This document shows, piece by piece, positions 9,509 to 18,444 of a stretch of DNA of 64,000 nt. Below the pieces are notes generated by a model that made no database searches, was not told where the DNA came from, and was given only the letters and a program-made list of their open reading frames with translations. Location: contig DATKKB010000076.1 of NCBI GenBank assembly GCA_035543095.1, positions 10,338-74,337 of the forward strand, written 5' to 3'. This stretch comes from Anaerolineaceae bacterium. Lineage in GTDB: Bacteria > Chloroflexota > Anaerolineae > Anaerolineales > Anaerolineaceae. Position 1 is the stretch's first letter; every line of letters starts with the position of its first letter. The translations under genes were made by a program, and so were the position numbers.

Positions 9509-9616
9509 GGAAGGCCTAGCTCATTTACACAGCAGCGCGCCGCCATAAGATTGCCATAAGGCGCGGTAATTGGAACCACGCAGGCAGTCCCAAGGATAAG
9601 CTTTTTGCCTGACGTT

Positions 9617-9832
9617 CTAGCCATGTAGATGCACCATGTTGGCCCACAGAGATTGAACTGATTGGTAGGATGCCGTTGCTGCCGCCAATCCTTCAGGAGT
9701 CTGGTCATCCACCGGGAAATGGCGCCACAAAACAACCGGGATCCTGTCTGGGACCTGGTTTCCAACTACCTTTTCGATGCGTTGGCGGTGGGTCAGCGTT
9801 TCGTTTTCCAAACTTCTTTCTCCAGGTTCCAT
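9617..9832 (-). pseudogene. truncated remnant of a uroporphyrinogen-decarboxylase (URO-D)-family gene
   Basis: The 71-aa ORF carries LTHRQRIEKVVGNQVPDRIPVVLWRHFPVDDQTPEGLAAAT, which matches the N-terminal ~50 aa of URO-D-like proteins (normally ~340 aa). It then runs into a stop. Only about 280 bp lie between the TPR gene and rsmD. Confidence 0.4.
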
Positions 9833-10173
9833 TCGCCTGTTTTTATCTGGTTCAAATGGCCATGCGCAAGCCTGGATAGCATCACAGCGCGCTGGTGGTC
9901 TTCGATCGCCGTCAAAGCAGCATCTATTTGACTGAAGACCGCAACAGCCTCTTGAGATTTCCCCAGCGCTTTTAGAGTAAGCCCAAGGGCATACAAAGCC
10001 TCCACATCGGTTGGCTCTCGTTGTAGCACGAAGCGAAAATCAGCTTCAGCCGATTCGTAATTCTTGTGGGAGTAGAATAACCACCCCCGTTCCATGAATT
10101 CGGATGTCTCTTTAGGATTCAACTGCTGCGGATCGGTCGCTGGTTGAGCTGGATTGTCAGGACGTTTGGGCAT
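9793..10173 (-). CDS. small TPR-repeat protein
   Basis: 126 aa. TPR-like helices include WLFYSHKNYESAEADFRFVLQREPTDVEALYALGLTLKALGKSQEAVAVF. Confidence 0.55.
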   Translation of the reverse strand: MPKRPDNPAQPATDPQQLNPKETSEFMERGWLFYSHKNYESAEADFRFVLQREPTDVEALYALGLTLKALGKSQEAVAVFSQIDAALTAIEDHQRAVMLSRLAHGHLNQIKTGEWNLEKEVWKTKR

Positions 10174-10194
10174 ACTTGCTGCTCCGAAAGAGAA

Positions 10195-11412
10195 TCATTT
10201 CTCGAATTGCCCTATTGCATCGATCGCGATTTCCAGCTCTTTATCCTCTTCGGATCGCTCCTCGATGTACCGGGCCATGAATGCTGATCGCCTTAGCCTG
10301 AGCGCCATTGGCGCCACAATTCGAATGTCGCCCAGGTCTACTGTAGTTCTCCCGTCTGCGGCAGCATAGGCGCGGGCGCTTTCTAGAAGTGTAATCTCTG
10401 CCCTGAGAGAATCGATCCCATATTTGCGGATCAAATCGATGCTGATTGCTGCGATTTTGTCAGACAGCTCGACATCCTGTAGCCGCCTACGCGCCGCCTG
10501 GATCTCTTCAAGCGCAATTTCTGTTTCGGCTTCAAATTGGCTTAGCAGCAGGCGGGGATTTTTCTGATACGTCCGCACGCGCCGGTAAACTTCAAGACGT
10601 TCAGTGGGGTCTGTCAGGCCTTGCACGACCACCCGCAAGCCAAAACGATCTAAAATCTGCGGCCGTAAATTACCTTCTTCTGGATTCATCGATCCAATCA
10701 ATGTGAAGCGGGATTTATAAGTGGCCGAAGTTGGCCCGCGGCTGACCGTATAGCTGCCCTGCGAGGCAGCATCCAGCGTCGCATTAACGATCTCGTCAGC
10801 CAGCAGGTTTACCTCATCGATAAAAAGGATATTTTGATCCGCCTCGGAAAGCAAACCCCTTTTCAATCTCAAACGCTCGTGCACGAGGGCTCGTTCATCC
10901 AGGCCGCCTATGACATCCTCGAGTTTTGCGTTTAAGGGCAGTTCTACCAGGCGAACCCGATCAGGGTGCGTAAGCGGTTCCCCTCGGCCAAATTTCCTGG
11001 CACAGTCTGGGCAGACAGCGTCGATTCCGCCCGTTTCGATGTCTTCTTCGACGCAGCCATAAAAGCAGGCGCTGCGACGGATTTCTGGTAACAATTTGAG
11101 CAGGCTGCGAACCGCCGTCGTTTTGCCCGTTCCGCGCGGCCCGATTAATAACACCCCCCCAACATTGGGGTTGATTAAAGCCAGCAGGAGGGCCAACTTC
11201 ATCTCTTTTTGCCCGACGACTGCCAGGAAAGGAAACGGCAAATTTTCAGCCAGCCCGGCGTCTTCTTGCGCATAAGCATCCTTGAGGTTTCGCCCTGTTA
11301 CCAGATCGATCAGTTCTCGCAGCGATCGAACCTGGACTTGCGGTTCTCCGGATTCCGGGAGAGGTATGGCGCTTTTATTTTCTGCAGCTTCGGATGGATT
11401 GGACTCTTCCAT
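10195..11412 (-). CDS. ChlI/BchI-family AAA+ ATPase (Mg-chelatase subunit I-like), orphan
   Basis: 405 aa. FPFLAVVGQKEMKLALLLALINPNVGGVLLIGPRGTGKTT, Walker B ILFIDEVNLL and GSMNPEEGNLRPQILDRFGL. A Cys4 insert, CFYGC...CPDC, follows the Walker A region. Confidence 0.8.
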   Translation of the reverse strand: MEESNPSEAAENKSAIPLPESGEPQVQVRSLRELIDLVTGRNLKDAYAQEDAGLAENLPFPFLAVVGQKEMKLALLLALINPNVGGVLLIGPRGTGKTTAVRSLLKLLPEIRRSACFYGCVEEDIETGGIDAVCPDCARKFGRGEPLTHPDRVRLVELPLNAKLEDVIGGLDERALVHERLRLKRGLLSEADQNILFIDEVNLLADEIVNATLDAASQGSYTVSRGPTSATYKSRFTLIGSMNPEEGNLRPQILDRFGLRVVVQGLTDPTERLEVYRRVRTYQKNPRLLLSQFEAETEIALEEIQAARRRLQDVELSDKIAAISIDLIRKYGIDSLRAEITLLESARAYAAADGRTTVDLGDIRIVAPMALRLRRSAFMARYIEERSEEDKELEIAIDAIGQFEK

Positions 11413-11428
11413 AATTAATCTTCGGCGG

Positions 11429-11890
11429 TCAATTCACATCATTATAAGTCCAAACCCGGTTTACAAAAAAATTCCAGAACAGGATCAGGATGATAACGAA
11501 TGCCAGGGACAGGTTATGTCCTACCGAAACAGGCGTAATGATGAAATTAGAAGGCAAAACGAGTTTGGCCAGGGAAACCATGGCGTCTTCGATTCGACCA
11601 AAAATCAATGTCCGGATTCCGAGTCCGATCAGGCTTACCACGACAAATTGCATAAGCTGCCGTGCGATTGGCTTATTCCGTGAGTCAGGATAGGTCCAGA
11701 GCCGGTTCCAGGTGAAATTACTGATAACTGCAACTGAAAACGATATTACCTGGGCGCTTAAGGCGACGAAATTAAATACCTGGATCAGTAAATTAAAAAT
11801 GCCGAAATCGATCACCGCTCCAATCGTTCCAACCACTGCAAACCTTATGAAACGATTGACTTCTTTCTTATTCGAGATCATTGACGTCAT
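11429..11890 (-). CDS. GtrA-family membrane protein
   Basis: 153 aa with 4 TM segments. [20 protein letters not shown] and NRLWTY/NRVWTY motifs typical of the GtrA family. It overlaps the upstream gene by 4 nt. Confidence 0.75.
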   Translation of the reverse strand: MTSMISNKKEVNRFIRFAVVGTIGAVIDFGIFNLLIQVFNFVALSAQVISFSVAVISNFTWNRLWTYPDSRNKPIARQLMQFVVVSLIGLGIRTLIFGRIEDAMVSLAKLVLPSNFIITPVSVGHNLSLAFVIILILFWNFFVNRVWTYNDVN

Positions 11891-12846
11891 ACTAATCCCA
11901 TTTTTTGTTTGAAATAAGGAATGGTGCGTTCAATCCCTTCTCTTAGAGGAATCTTGGGGCTCCAATTTAAAATCCTTTGGGCACGCGTGATGTCAGGACG
12001 CCGTTGTTGTGGGTCGTCACCCAGCCGTAAATCCGGTTTGAAAATGATCCCACCTTCATTTCCAGCGATCTGGTTGATCGTTTGGGCAAAATCCAGAATG
12101 CTGGTCTCGGCCGGATTTCCTATATTGACGGGGTAGTGTTCTTCGGACATCAGCAGCCGGTAAATCCCTTCCACGAGATCATCCACATAACAGAAGCTGC
12201 GCGTCTGTCCGCCATCCCCGTAAACGGTGAGCGGTTCGCCCCGCAAAGCCTGCTGGATAAAATTCGGTACCACTCTGCCGTCGTCCAGCCGCATCCGTGG
12301 ACCGTAAGTATTAAAGATGCGAACGATGCGAGTATTGATGCCGTGATAGCGGTGGTACGCCATCGTCAAAGCTTCGGCGAAGCGCTTGGCTTCATCGTAA
12401 ACAGAGCGCACCCCGATCGGATCGACATGGCCGAAATAAGTTTCGGATTGGGGATGCACCAGCGGATCGCCATAAATTTCGCTGGTTGACGCTAACAGGT
12501 AGCGCGCTTTATGCTCCCGGGCGACTCCCAGGGTGTTGTGCGTGCCCAATGCGCCGGCTTTCATGGTCTGAATGGGCAGGTTTGTGTATCCATAAGGCGA
12601 AAGCGGGTTCGGGCTGGCCGGAGACGCAAAATGCATGACTGCATTAATTTTACCGGGCACAAAGATAAAATTTGATACATCGTGACGGATAAAGAGGAAA
12701 TTCTCGTTGCCAGCCAGGTGCGCCAGGTTGTCGGGGCTGCCCGTAATGAAATTGTCCAATCCTATGACCTGATGTCCCTCTTTCAGGAGGCGTTCGCACA
12801 AATGAGACCCTAAAAAACCTGCTGCTCCTGTAATTAAAACGCGCAT
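11887..12846 (-). CDS. UDP-glucuronate decarboxylase (UDP-xylose synthase)-like SDR
   Basis: [29 protein letters not shown], the YDEAKR catalytic motif and [10 protein letters not shown]. The start is placed at the ATG at 12846, preceded by GAGGGA (the ORF track extends to 12870). Confidence 0.8.
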   Translation of the reverse strand: MRVLITGAAGFLGSHLCERLLKEGHQVIGLDNFITGSPDNLAHLAGNENFLFIRHDVSNFIFVPGKINAVMHFASPASPNPLSPYGYTNLPIQTMKAGALGTHNTLGVAREHKARYLLASTSEIYGDPLVHPQSETYFGHVDPIGVRSVYDEAKRFAEALTMAYHRYHGINTRIVRIFNTYGPRMRLDDGRVVPNFIQQALRGEPLTVYGDGGQTRSFCYVDDLVEGIYRLLMSEEHYPVNIGNPAETSILDFAQTINQIAGNEGGIIFKPDLRLGDDPQQRRPDITRAQRILNWSPKIPLREGIERTIPYFKQKMGLV

Positions 12847-12860
12847 AGTTCCCTCGTTCT

Positions 12861-14477
12861 CTATTTCCAATCGATCCGGCTGATTAATCCGTCGCCGGTT
12901 ATTTGCTGGACCTGGCCGGTTGCCGGGTCAAGTAAATATAAGTTCCCCTGGTAAATCAAAGCCAGCCACAGCGGACTTGAATCGGCAGGCAGCGGCGACC
13001 AGACTACCTCTTGTGGTTCTAACCCCGGGCTGCCTTCCGGTGGAAATACAATCCGGCGATTCGAGCCATCCCGCTGTTCGATGACCAGGCGATACCGGCT
13101 GGTATCACTCCGGTCAGGAAAAATTGCCTGCAGAGAGGCCAGCCAGAATCGCTTCGTCGGCAGCATAGGCGAAGTCGATGGATAAGCAAACATTCCGGAC
13201 TGGGAAGCCAGGTCGACTGCAATACTTTTATCGACTGCAATTGCACTCAAGTTGAATACAGGCGATGATTCTACTGAAGACAGGCCAGATTTTGTTGGGT
13301 GAGTCACAGTATAAATAATCTTATTGTCCGGCGAAAGGCTCACCCCTGGCACCCAGGCCCAATCACCGCGTGGTTGATAAGGAAGGACGTCGATGATCGG
13401 GACGAGTTCCTTCTTGGCCAGATCCACCAATCCAATGCTGTCGGGCCGGGCGTAAGCCAGTGTTTTCCAATCCTGAGACCACGAAAAAATAGTGCCCCAC
13501 CAGCCATAGATCCCGCCAGAATTAGCCTGGAGGATTTCTTCGTTGCGAACGTAAGTGCCGGTTGAAGCAAACACAAGGCGCTGCAAATCATTATTAGCCT
13601 GCCAGCCTGGCGCCGTGAGGCGCGGCTCAACTGTTGAATAGATGACCGTATTCGGGGCGCCGGCAACCCAATCTGCAAAGTGTACGATATTTGAAACCTT
13701 GAGATTGATCGGGTTTGCGTTTTCAGTCTCGGTATCGATCACCCATAACGAGTTTATTTCCTCGGATGCCGGCCTGGTCGATTTGCGAGTGTAGAGCAGC
13801 CATTTTCCATCAGGCGATAGGGAAAATACGTGCCCATCCACGTCACCGGAAGACACGACCGGTTTCCTTTCGCCAGTCGACCTCTGCATGACCCAGGCAT
13901 TCCCGGCCGTCAGGTAGGCCAGTTTATGCGTGATCGTGACCGACGTAAACGGCGTTTGAACCCCCACCATGATGATCTCGGGTTTCGGCTCGGTGATTAT
14001 TACATTTTTGACGGGGGTTTGTGAAACCTCTATTCCGTCCTCAAAGACGTGCCGGTATGTCACCTGTTGGACACCATTCGATCCGGCCTGGATCAGGAGC
14101 GTCTGGCCTTGTGGCAGGCTTTCGTTTTTTACCTGCTGCTGGCTAAACGGAATAACCTGTTCTTCGATCTGGAATGTCTCTTTCACCCTTGTGACTTTGA
14201 CGGTTGCGGCACCGGTAATCAATGTATAAGTGGGCGGATCGACCCGGTCCAGGTTGGATAAGGTGATCCCGGCTGAATCAAGGGCGCTCTGGATAGTTGC
14301 GCCGGCCGGTACCTGCGTATTGACCTGGCGGCTATCTACCGCAATCGTAATTTTCACCAGGCCTTCGGTGGCAGTCGAGGTATTGCAGGCAGTGAGAATC
14401 AAAATGCAGCCGATCAGCGACCCGAAAAGTAACAACAAATTCACGCGCCCGGCGCGGGTAAAGGTATTTTGCCCCAT
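12861..14477 (-). CDS. secreted/anchored protein: DUF348-G5-like N-terminal module plus PD40/TolB-like beta-propeller
   Basis: 538 aa with a signal/anchor helix. The N-terminal region (ITIAVDSRQ...[10 protein letters not shown]...[18 protein letters not shown]...IIMVGV) resembles the DUF348+G5 modules of RpfB/YabE. The C-terminal part has [11 protein letters not shown] and [10 protein letters not shown] repeats. Confidence 0.55.
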   Translation of the reverse strand: MGQNTFTRAGRVNLLLLFGSLIGCILILTACNTSTATEGLVKITIAVDSRQVNTQVPAGATIQSALDSAGITLSNLDRVDPPTYTLITGAATVKVTRVKETFQIEEQVIPFSQQQVKNESLPQGQTLLIQAGSNGVQQVTYRHVFEDGIEVSQTPVKNVIITEPKPEIIMVGVQTPFTSVTITHKLAYLTAGNAWVMQRSTGERKPVVSSGDVDGHVFSLSPDGKWLLYTRKSTRPASEEINSLWVIDTETENANPINLKVSNIVHFADWVAGAPNTVIYSTVEPRLTAPGWQANNDLQRLVFASTGTYVRNEEILQANSGGIYGWWGTIFSWSQDWKTLAYARPDSIGLVDLAKKELVPIIDVLPYQPRGDWAWVPGVSLSPDNKIIYTVTHPTKSGLSSVESSPVFNLSAIAVDKSIAVDLASQSGMFAYPSTSPMLPTKRFWLASLQAIFPDRSDTSRYRLVIEQRDGSNRRIVFPPEGSPGLEPQEVVWSPLPADSSPLWLALIYQGNLYLLDPATGQVQQITGDGLISRIDWK

Positions 14478-14507
14478 TTAGATTCTTGTGCCAGCCTTGT
14501 CCATACC

Positions 14508-15077
14508 TTATTTTCTTTTTAATTCAATCAACATCGTCCGGTTGGTGATCGTGATACTTTCAACCTGGAAATTCACGTCGGTCTGGTTCAGGTTATTCGT
14601 GATCGCGTTATCGATCATTTCATCGATGCGGGTGAGCAGTTCGGTCGGTATGTCGATTCCCCCAACTTTCGCTGAAAGAATATCAACCTTCGGCATATGG
14701 TTGGCGTCAACGCTTACGGTTGCAACGATATTTCCGGGAGCATTGATCACGTCTGCGTCAACCTGTCCGGTCAGCAGGACCTGATTGTTCTCAAATAAGA
14801 CCTGGGCATTTTTAATGATCGGGTTCGGATCCTGGTTGAGCTGGTAAGCCACATATGAAGTGATTTGTGCTTCTGTGATCTTAATAGTTGCGACATTCCC
14901 CTGTGAATTAAGCGTTGGTTTTTGGAAGGAGTCTTGAAAATCCAGAGCGGCCTGAGTTGAAACAGGCACCGTTCTTTGGGGTGTCGGAGCAGGTCCTGTT
15001 GCGCTGAAAAGGCAGGCAAGGTTAGCGGCTAATAAGATAACAATAAGTGTTAGAATTGGAGCTAGGTTTTTCTTCAT
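14508..15077 (-). CDS. secreted hypothetical protein
   Basis: 189 aa with an N-terminal signal-like helix. No family recognised. Confidence 0.4.
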   Translation of the reverse strand: MKKNLAPILTLIVILLAANLACLFSATGPAPTPQRTVPVSTQAALDFQDSFQKPTLNSQGNVATIKITEAQITSYVAYQLNQDPNPIIKNAQVLFENNQVLLTGQVDADVINAPGNIVATVSVDANHMPKVDILSAKVGGIDIPTELLTRIDEMIDNAITNNLNQTDVNFQVESITITNRTMLIELKRK

Positions 15078-15139
15078 TATATTTAAACTCTCAATCTACG
15101 TGAAACACAAAATTTTCCAGGAGGCAGGCTTATTATAGC

Positions 15140-15709
15140 ATGAGTGATCAGGGCGAACATACTTCGCTGCCAGACTTGGGAGCGTGCCTCGAGGTCCTCT
15201 TATTCGTAGCGGCTGGGCCTGTTTCAATTGCCCAACTTGCAGAAGCGTTGGATCGCAAGCCGGTTGAGATCGAGCAGGCCTTGAAAGATCTGGCCTTAGG
15301 ATACTCCCAACGCGGAGCCCTGGCCATCCAATGGCATGCCGGCAAGGTCCAGCTTACCACATCTCCCCAAATGGCTTCCCTGGTAGAGAGGTTTTTAGGG
15401 ATGGAAACCGTCTCGCGCTTGAGCCGGGCAGGCCTTGAAGCCCTGGCAATTATAGCCTATCGCCAACCGATCACCCGCCCTGGGATCGACGCCATTCGAG
15501 GGGTTAGCAGCGATGGCGTTTTGAAGAGCCTCTTAAGCAAGGGCCTTATCCAGGAAGCTGGCCGCGCTGAAGGCCCGGGCCGGCCTATACTTTACGAGAC
15601 AACCAGTGATTTCTTGCAGCATTTTGGGCTGGCGAGCCTGGACGAGCTGCCGCCGTTCGAGCTGGAAGAGCTTGAAATTGAAAAGAAAGATAAATTATTA
15701 AAGGATTGA
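15140..15709 (+). CDS. scpB: segregation and condensation protein B
   Basis: 189 aa. LEVLLFVAAGPVSIAQLAEAL and EALAIIAYRQPITRPGIDAIRGV winged-helix repeats typical of ScpB. Confidence 0.85.
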   Translation: MSDQGEHTSLPDLGACLEVLLFVAAGPVSIAQLAEALDRKPVEIEQALKDLALGYSQRGALAIQWHAGKVQLTTSPQMASLVERFLGMETVSRLSRAGLEALAIIAYRQPITRPGIDAIRGVSSDGVLKSLLSKGLIQEAGRAEGPGRPILYETTSDFLQHFGLASLDELPPFELEELEIEKKDKLLKD

Positions 15710-16468
15710 TTGATAATGGAAGAACGCTTACAAAAAATCCTGGCCCAGGCCGGGTACGGCTCACGCCGCTCCTGTGAAGAAATAATTACTGCTGGCCGGG
15801 TCAAAGTAAACGGTAAAGTAATCAAGCTGGGTGACAAGGCTGATTCTGCCAAGGATACGATTGCCGTCGATGACACGATAATTCTGCACAGGTCTCCGTT
15901 TATTTATATCGCATTGTATAAACCACGCGAAGTTCTCTCAGACATAGATCCGAAAGATCAACGCACGACCGTGCGCGACCTGGTCAAAGTTCCCGGGCAT
16001 CTCTTCACGGTTGGCCGTTTGGATTTTGATAGTGAAGGACTGATCCTGCTGACCAATGACGGCGAGCTGGCCAACCGACTGACGCATCCGCGTTATGGAC
16101 ACGAGAAAGAGTACCGCGTTCTGGTTGATTCGCGACCTGACGAGGAACAAATTTCCATCTGGCGCCGGGGTATGGTGCTTGAGGATGGCCACCGCACCCT
16201 CCCGGCCAAAATCTCGATCGAGGGCATTGCTGGAAAGGGGGCCTGGCTGCGGGTAGTTTTGAAAGAAGGCCGGAAACGCCAGATCCGTGAAATGGGAAAA
16301 CAAACCGGCTTACACGTCTCGCGCATCATCCGCGTGCGTATTGGGAGACTCCTTCTGGGAGATCTCAAGCCCTCTGAATGGCGTTACCTGAGCCGCGAAG
16401 AAGTGCTCAAGTTGAAAAGCATAAAACAAGAGGATTCCCCTGCTGGAAAAAAAACCGGGACTGCATGA
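15710..16468 (+). CDS. rluB: pseudouridine synthase, RsuA/RluB family
   Basis: S4 domain (RLQKILAQAGYGSRRSCEEII) plus the catalytic GRLDFDSEGLILLTNDGEL. Confidence 0.85.
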   Translation: MIMEERLQKILAQAGYGSRRSCEEIITAGRVKVNGKVIKLGDKADSAKDTIAVDDTIILHRSPFIYIALYKPREVLSDIDPKDQRTTVRDLVKVPGHLFTVGRLDFDSEGLILLTNDGELANRLTHPRYGHEKEYRVLVDSRPDEEQISIWRRGMVLEDGHRTLPAKISIEGIAGKGAWLRVVLKEGRKRQIREMGKQTGLHVSRIIRVRIGRLLLGDLKPSEWRYLSREEVLKLKSIKQEDSPAGKKTGTA

Positions 16469-16486
16469 GCAGTCCCGATCTTTTTA
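16457..16486. terminator. hairpin terminator between convergent genes
   Basis: CGGGACTGC-ATGA-GCAGTCCCG followed by ATCTTTTT and preceded by an A-run. It overlaps the rluB stop codon. Confidence 0.5.
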
Positions 16487-17215
16487 AACGATGGATTCCT
16501 CTGGCAGGAATTGTTGAAATCGCCGAACCGGGTCGACCGAATCGGGATCCTTTACATCTGCGCGGTAGATATTTTCCTTGGCCTGCTTGCGAATAAAATC
16601 TTTCAGCTTCTCGATGTGCATCGCCGGTACGGGCGAGTCTTGCGCCTGGACGGTCGATTTGTCGCTTAAAAACACCATTGCCACCTGCGGCGAAGGCAGG
16701 TTTGGAATGCTCACCTCTTTCGAAATGTATTTTTGCATGTCCTGGTAAAGGTTGTATACTTCCTGGTCAGGGCGCCCCAGCCCTTCCTGGCCGAATAATT
16801 TCATAATGAAATTACCGCCCTTTTGGCTCCACCGCTTCCGGTCCGGGTTGTAGGTGATGGCGCCGCGCTGGGTAAACGTGGCCAGGATCCAGATTCCGGC
16901 CGGCCCTACCAGCAAGTGAGGAACTACGGTCATGTAATTGTAAAGGGTATATTTATCCTCGAGGCCTTTCAACCCCGCTGCCAGAACTTCATCCGGACGC
17001 GGCGACCGCCCCCACCGGTTTCCAAAATAAATTCCAACCTGCGATAATGCAAATCCAATGACCAGTGCCAGTAACGACCACCCAAACAATCCTGGATTCG
17101 ATGTATCGAGCGAAATAATAAAGCCGATCACCAGGATTGCCAGGCTGGCAATCGTTGTGTACTGGCCGATCTTTTTGTTGCGCCGGATGTACTTTTCATT
17201 AGTGACGATTTTCAT
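16484..17215 (-). CDS. membrane-anchored protein with a possible NERD-like domain
   Basis: 243 aa. Two N-terminal TM helices are followed by a soluble part whose pattern (KYTLYNYMTVVPHLLVGPAGIWILATFTQRGAITY) resembles NERD domains. Weak call. Confidence 0.35.
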   Translation of the reverse strand: MKIVTNEKYIRRNKKIGQYTTIASLAILVIGFIISLDTSNPGLFGWSLLALVIGFALSQVGIYFGNRWGRSPRPDEVLAAGLKGLEDKYTLYNYMTVVPHLLVGPAGIWILATFTQRGAITYNPDRKRWSQKGGNFIMKLFGQEGLGRPDQEVYNLYQDMQKYISKEVSIPNLPSPQVAMVFLSDKSTVQAQDSPVPAMHIEKLKDFIRKQAKENIYRADVKDPDSVDPVRRFQQFLPEESIV

Positions 17216-17216
17216 T

Positions 17217-18239
17217 CTATTTTCCTGGTGGAACCACTTGTGGTTTGATCATTCTTTCCTGGATGGCCTTGCTGATGTGCCCCAATAGATCTGCCCGGAC
17301 GGCCAGAACAGCGGTACCGATAGCGCTGGTAATAGCGTGGGCATTCGACCGGCCGTGTCCTACGAAAACCAACCCGTTCACGCCTAAAAGCGGAGCGGCG
17401 CCAACCTCTGATGGGTCGACTTGTTTCAATACTTTTTTGAGAGCGGGCTTAACCATTAACCCGCCCAGGCTGCTGACAAGTGAAGATTTAATCCCTTCGG
17501 AAATCAAATCTTTCATCAAGCTGGCTACTGCTTCGCTTGATTTTAACATGATATTGCCCGTAAACCCGTCACAAATGACCACATCCGCCGCTCCTCCGAA
17601 TAAATCTTTTGGCTCGACGTTTCCGATAAAATTCAATCCGCTCGTTTCCATCAACGGGTAAGCGCTTTTTACAAGCAAGTTCCCTTTGCCCTTTTCTTCG
17701 CCGTTGGCAATCAGGCCAACCCGAGGGTTTTTCACCCCCAAAACTTTTTCGGCGTAAATGCTGCCCATGATTCCAAATTCGGGAAAGAATTCAGGCCGGC
17801 AGTCGGCGTTTGCGCCGATGTCGCACACCACGACGCGGCCTTTTCGGGTCGGGAAGATGGCTGTCAGAACCGGGCGCTGGACGCCTGCCATACGTTTCAG
17901 GGTAATCGCGGAAACGAACAAAGCGGCTCCTGTATTTCCAGCCGTCACGAAGGCTGCTCCCTCGCCGGACTTAACCAACTCCATCCCGATTGCCATGGAG
18001 TTGTGAGGCTTTTCCTTGGCGCTGGCGACGGCTTTGTCGCCCATCTCGAGCATTTCTGGGGCTTGTACGAGGCTCACCGGCAAATTCCTTGTATTTAACG
18101 CCTTCAAGCGCGGCTCAACCAGGTCGCTTTTACCGACCAGGATTATTTTTTCGCCGTACAATTCTGCGGCCTCCAATGCACCTGTGACTTCCGGCTCCGG
18201 AAAGAGATCGCTGCCCATGGCGTCCAGGATAATGGTCAT
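17217..18239 (-). CDS. plsX: phosphate acyltransferase PlsX
   Basis: 340 aa. IILDAMGSD, FVTAGNTGA and VCDGFTGN motifs. Confidence 0.9.
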   Translation of the reverse strand: MTIILDAMGSDLFPEPEVTGALEAAELYGEKIILVGKSDLVEPRLKALNTRNLPVSLVQAPEMLEMGDKAVASAKEKPHNSMAIGMELVKSGEGAAFVTAGNTGAALFVSAITLKRMAGVQRPVLTAIFPTRKGRVVVCDIGANADCRPEFFPEFGIMGSIYAEKVLGVKNPRVGLIANGEEKGKGNLLVKSAYPLMETSGLNFIGNVEPKDLFGGAADVVICDGFTGNIMLKSSEAVASLMKDLISEGIKSSLVSSLGGLMVKPALKKVLKQVDPSEVGAAPLLGVNGLVFVGHGRSNAHAITSAIGTAVLAVRADLLGHISKAIQERMIKPQVVPPGK

Positions 18240-18311
18240 GCTTCCTCCTATTAACTTTCTTTAACAATTCCTTGACAACCAATCAGACCCGATTATAATT
18301 GGCATGCTCTG

Positions 18312-18393
18312 GCGCTGGTGCTGGAACTGGCAGACAGGCATGGTTGAGGGCCATGTGCCGCAAGGCATGGGGGTTCAAGTCCCCCCCAGCGCA
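18312..18393 (+). tRNA. tRNA-Leu (anticodon GAG), type II with long variable arm; CCA not encoded
   Basis: Acceptor stem GCGCTGG/CCAGCGC with discriminator A. Anticodon stem CATGG/CCATG with loop TTGAGGG. Variable arm TGCCGCAAGGCAT. T arm GGGGG-TTCAAGT-CCCCC. Confidence 0.85.
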
Positions 18394-18397
18394 TATT

Positions 18398-18431
18398 GGA
18401 AGGGGACAGGTAAGAAATGACCTGTCCCTTC
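18398..18431. terminator. hairpin between tRNA-Leu and the convergent polyprenyl synthase gene
   Basis: GAAGGGGACAGGT-loop-ACCTGTCCCTTC followed by TGGTTT. Confidence 0.45.
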
Positions 18432-18444
18432 TGGTTTACCGATC

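Noticed and set aside
9505-9765. 86-aa ORF overlapping the URO-D remnant and the rsmD start.
   Set aside because: It has no recognisable features and is in a different frame from the URO-D-like similarity. It is most likely a chance ORF in decayed sequence.
10195-11412. The ChlI/BchI homolog as a sign of (bacterio)chlorophyll synthesis or phototrophy.
   Set aside because: No bchH/bchD or any other photosynthesis gene is in the window. ChlI-like ATPases are widespread in non-phototrophs, for example in cobaltochelatase systems.
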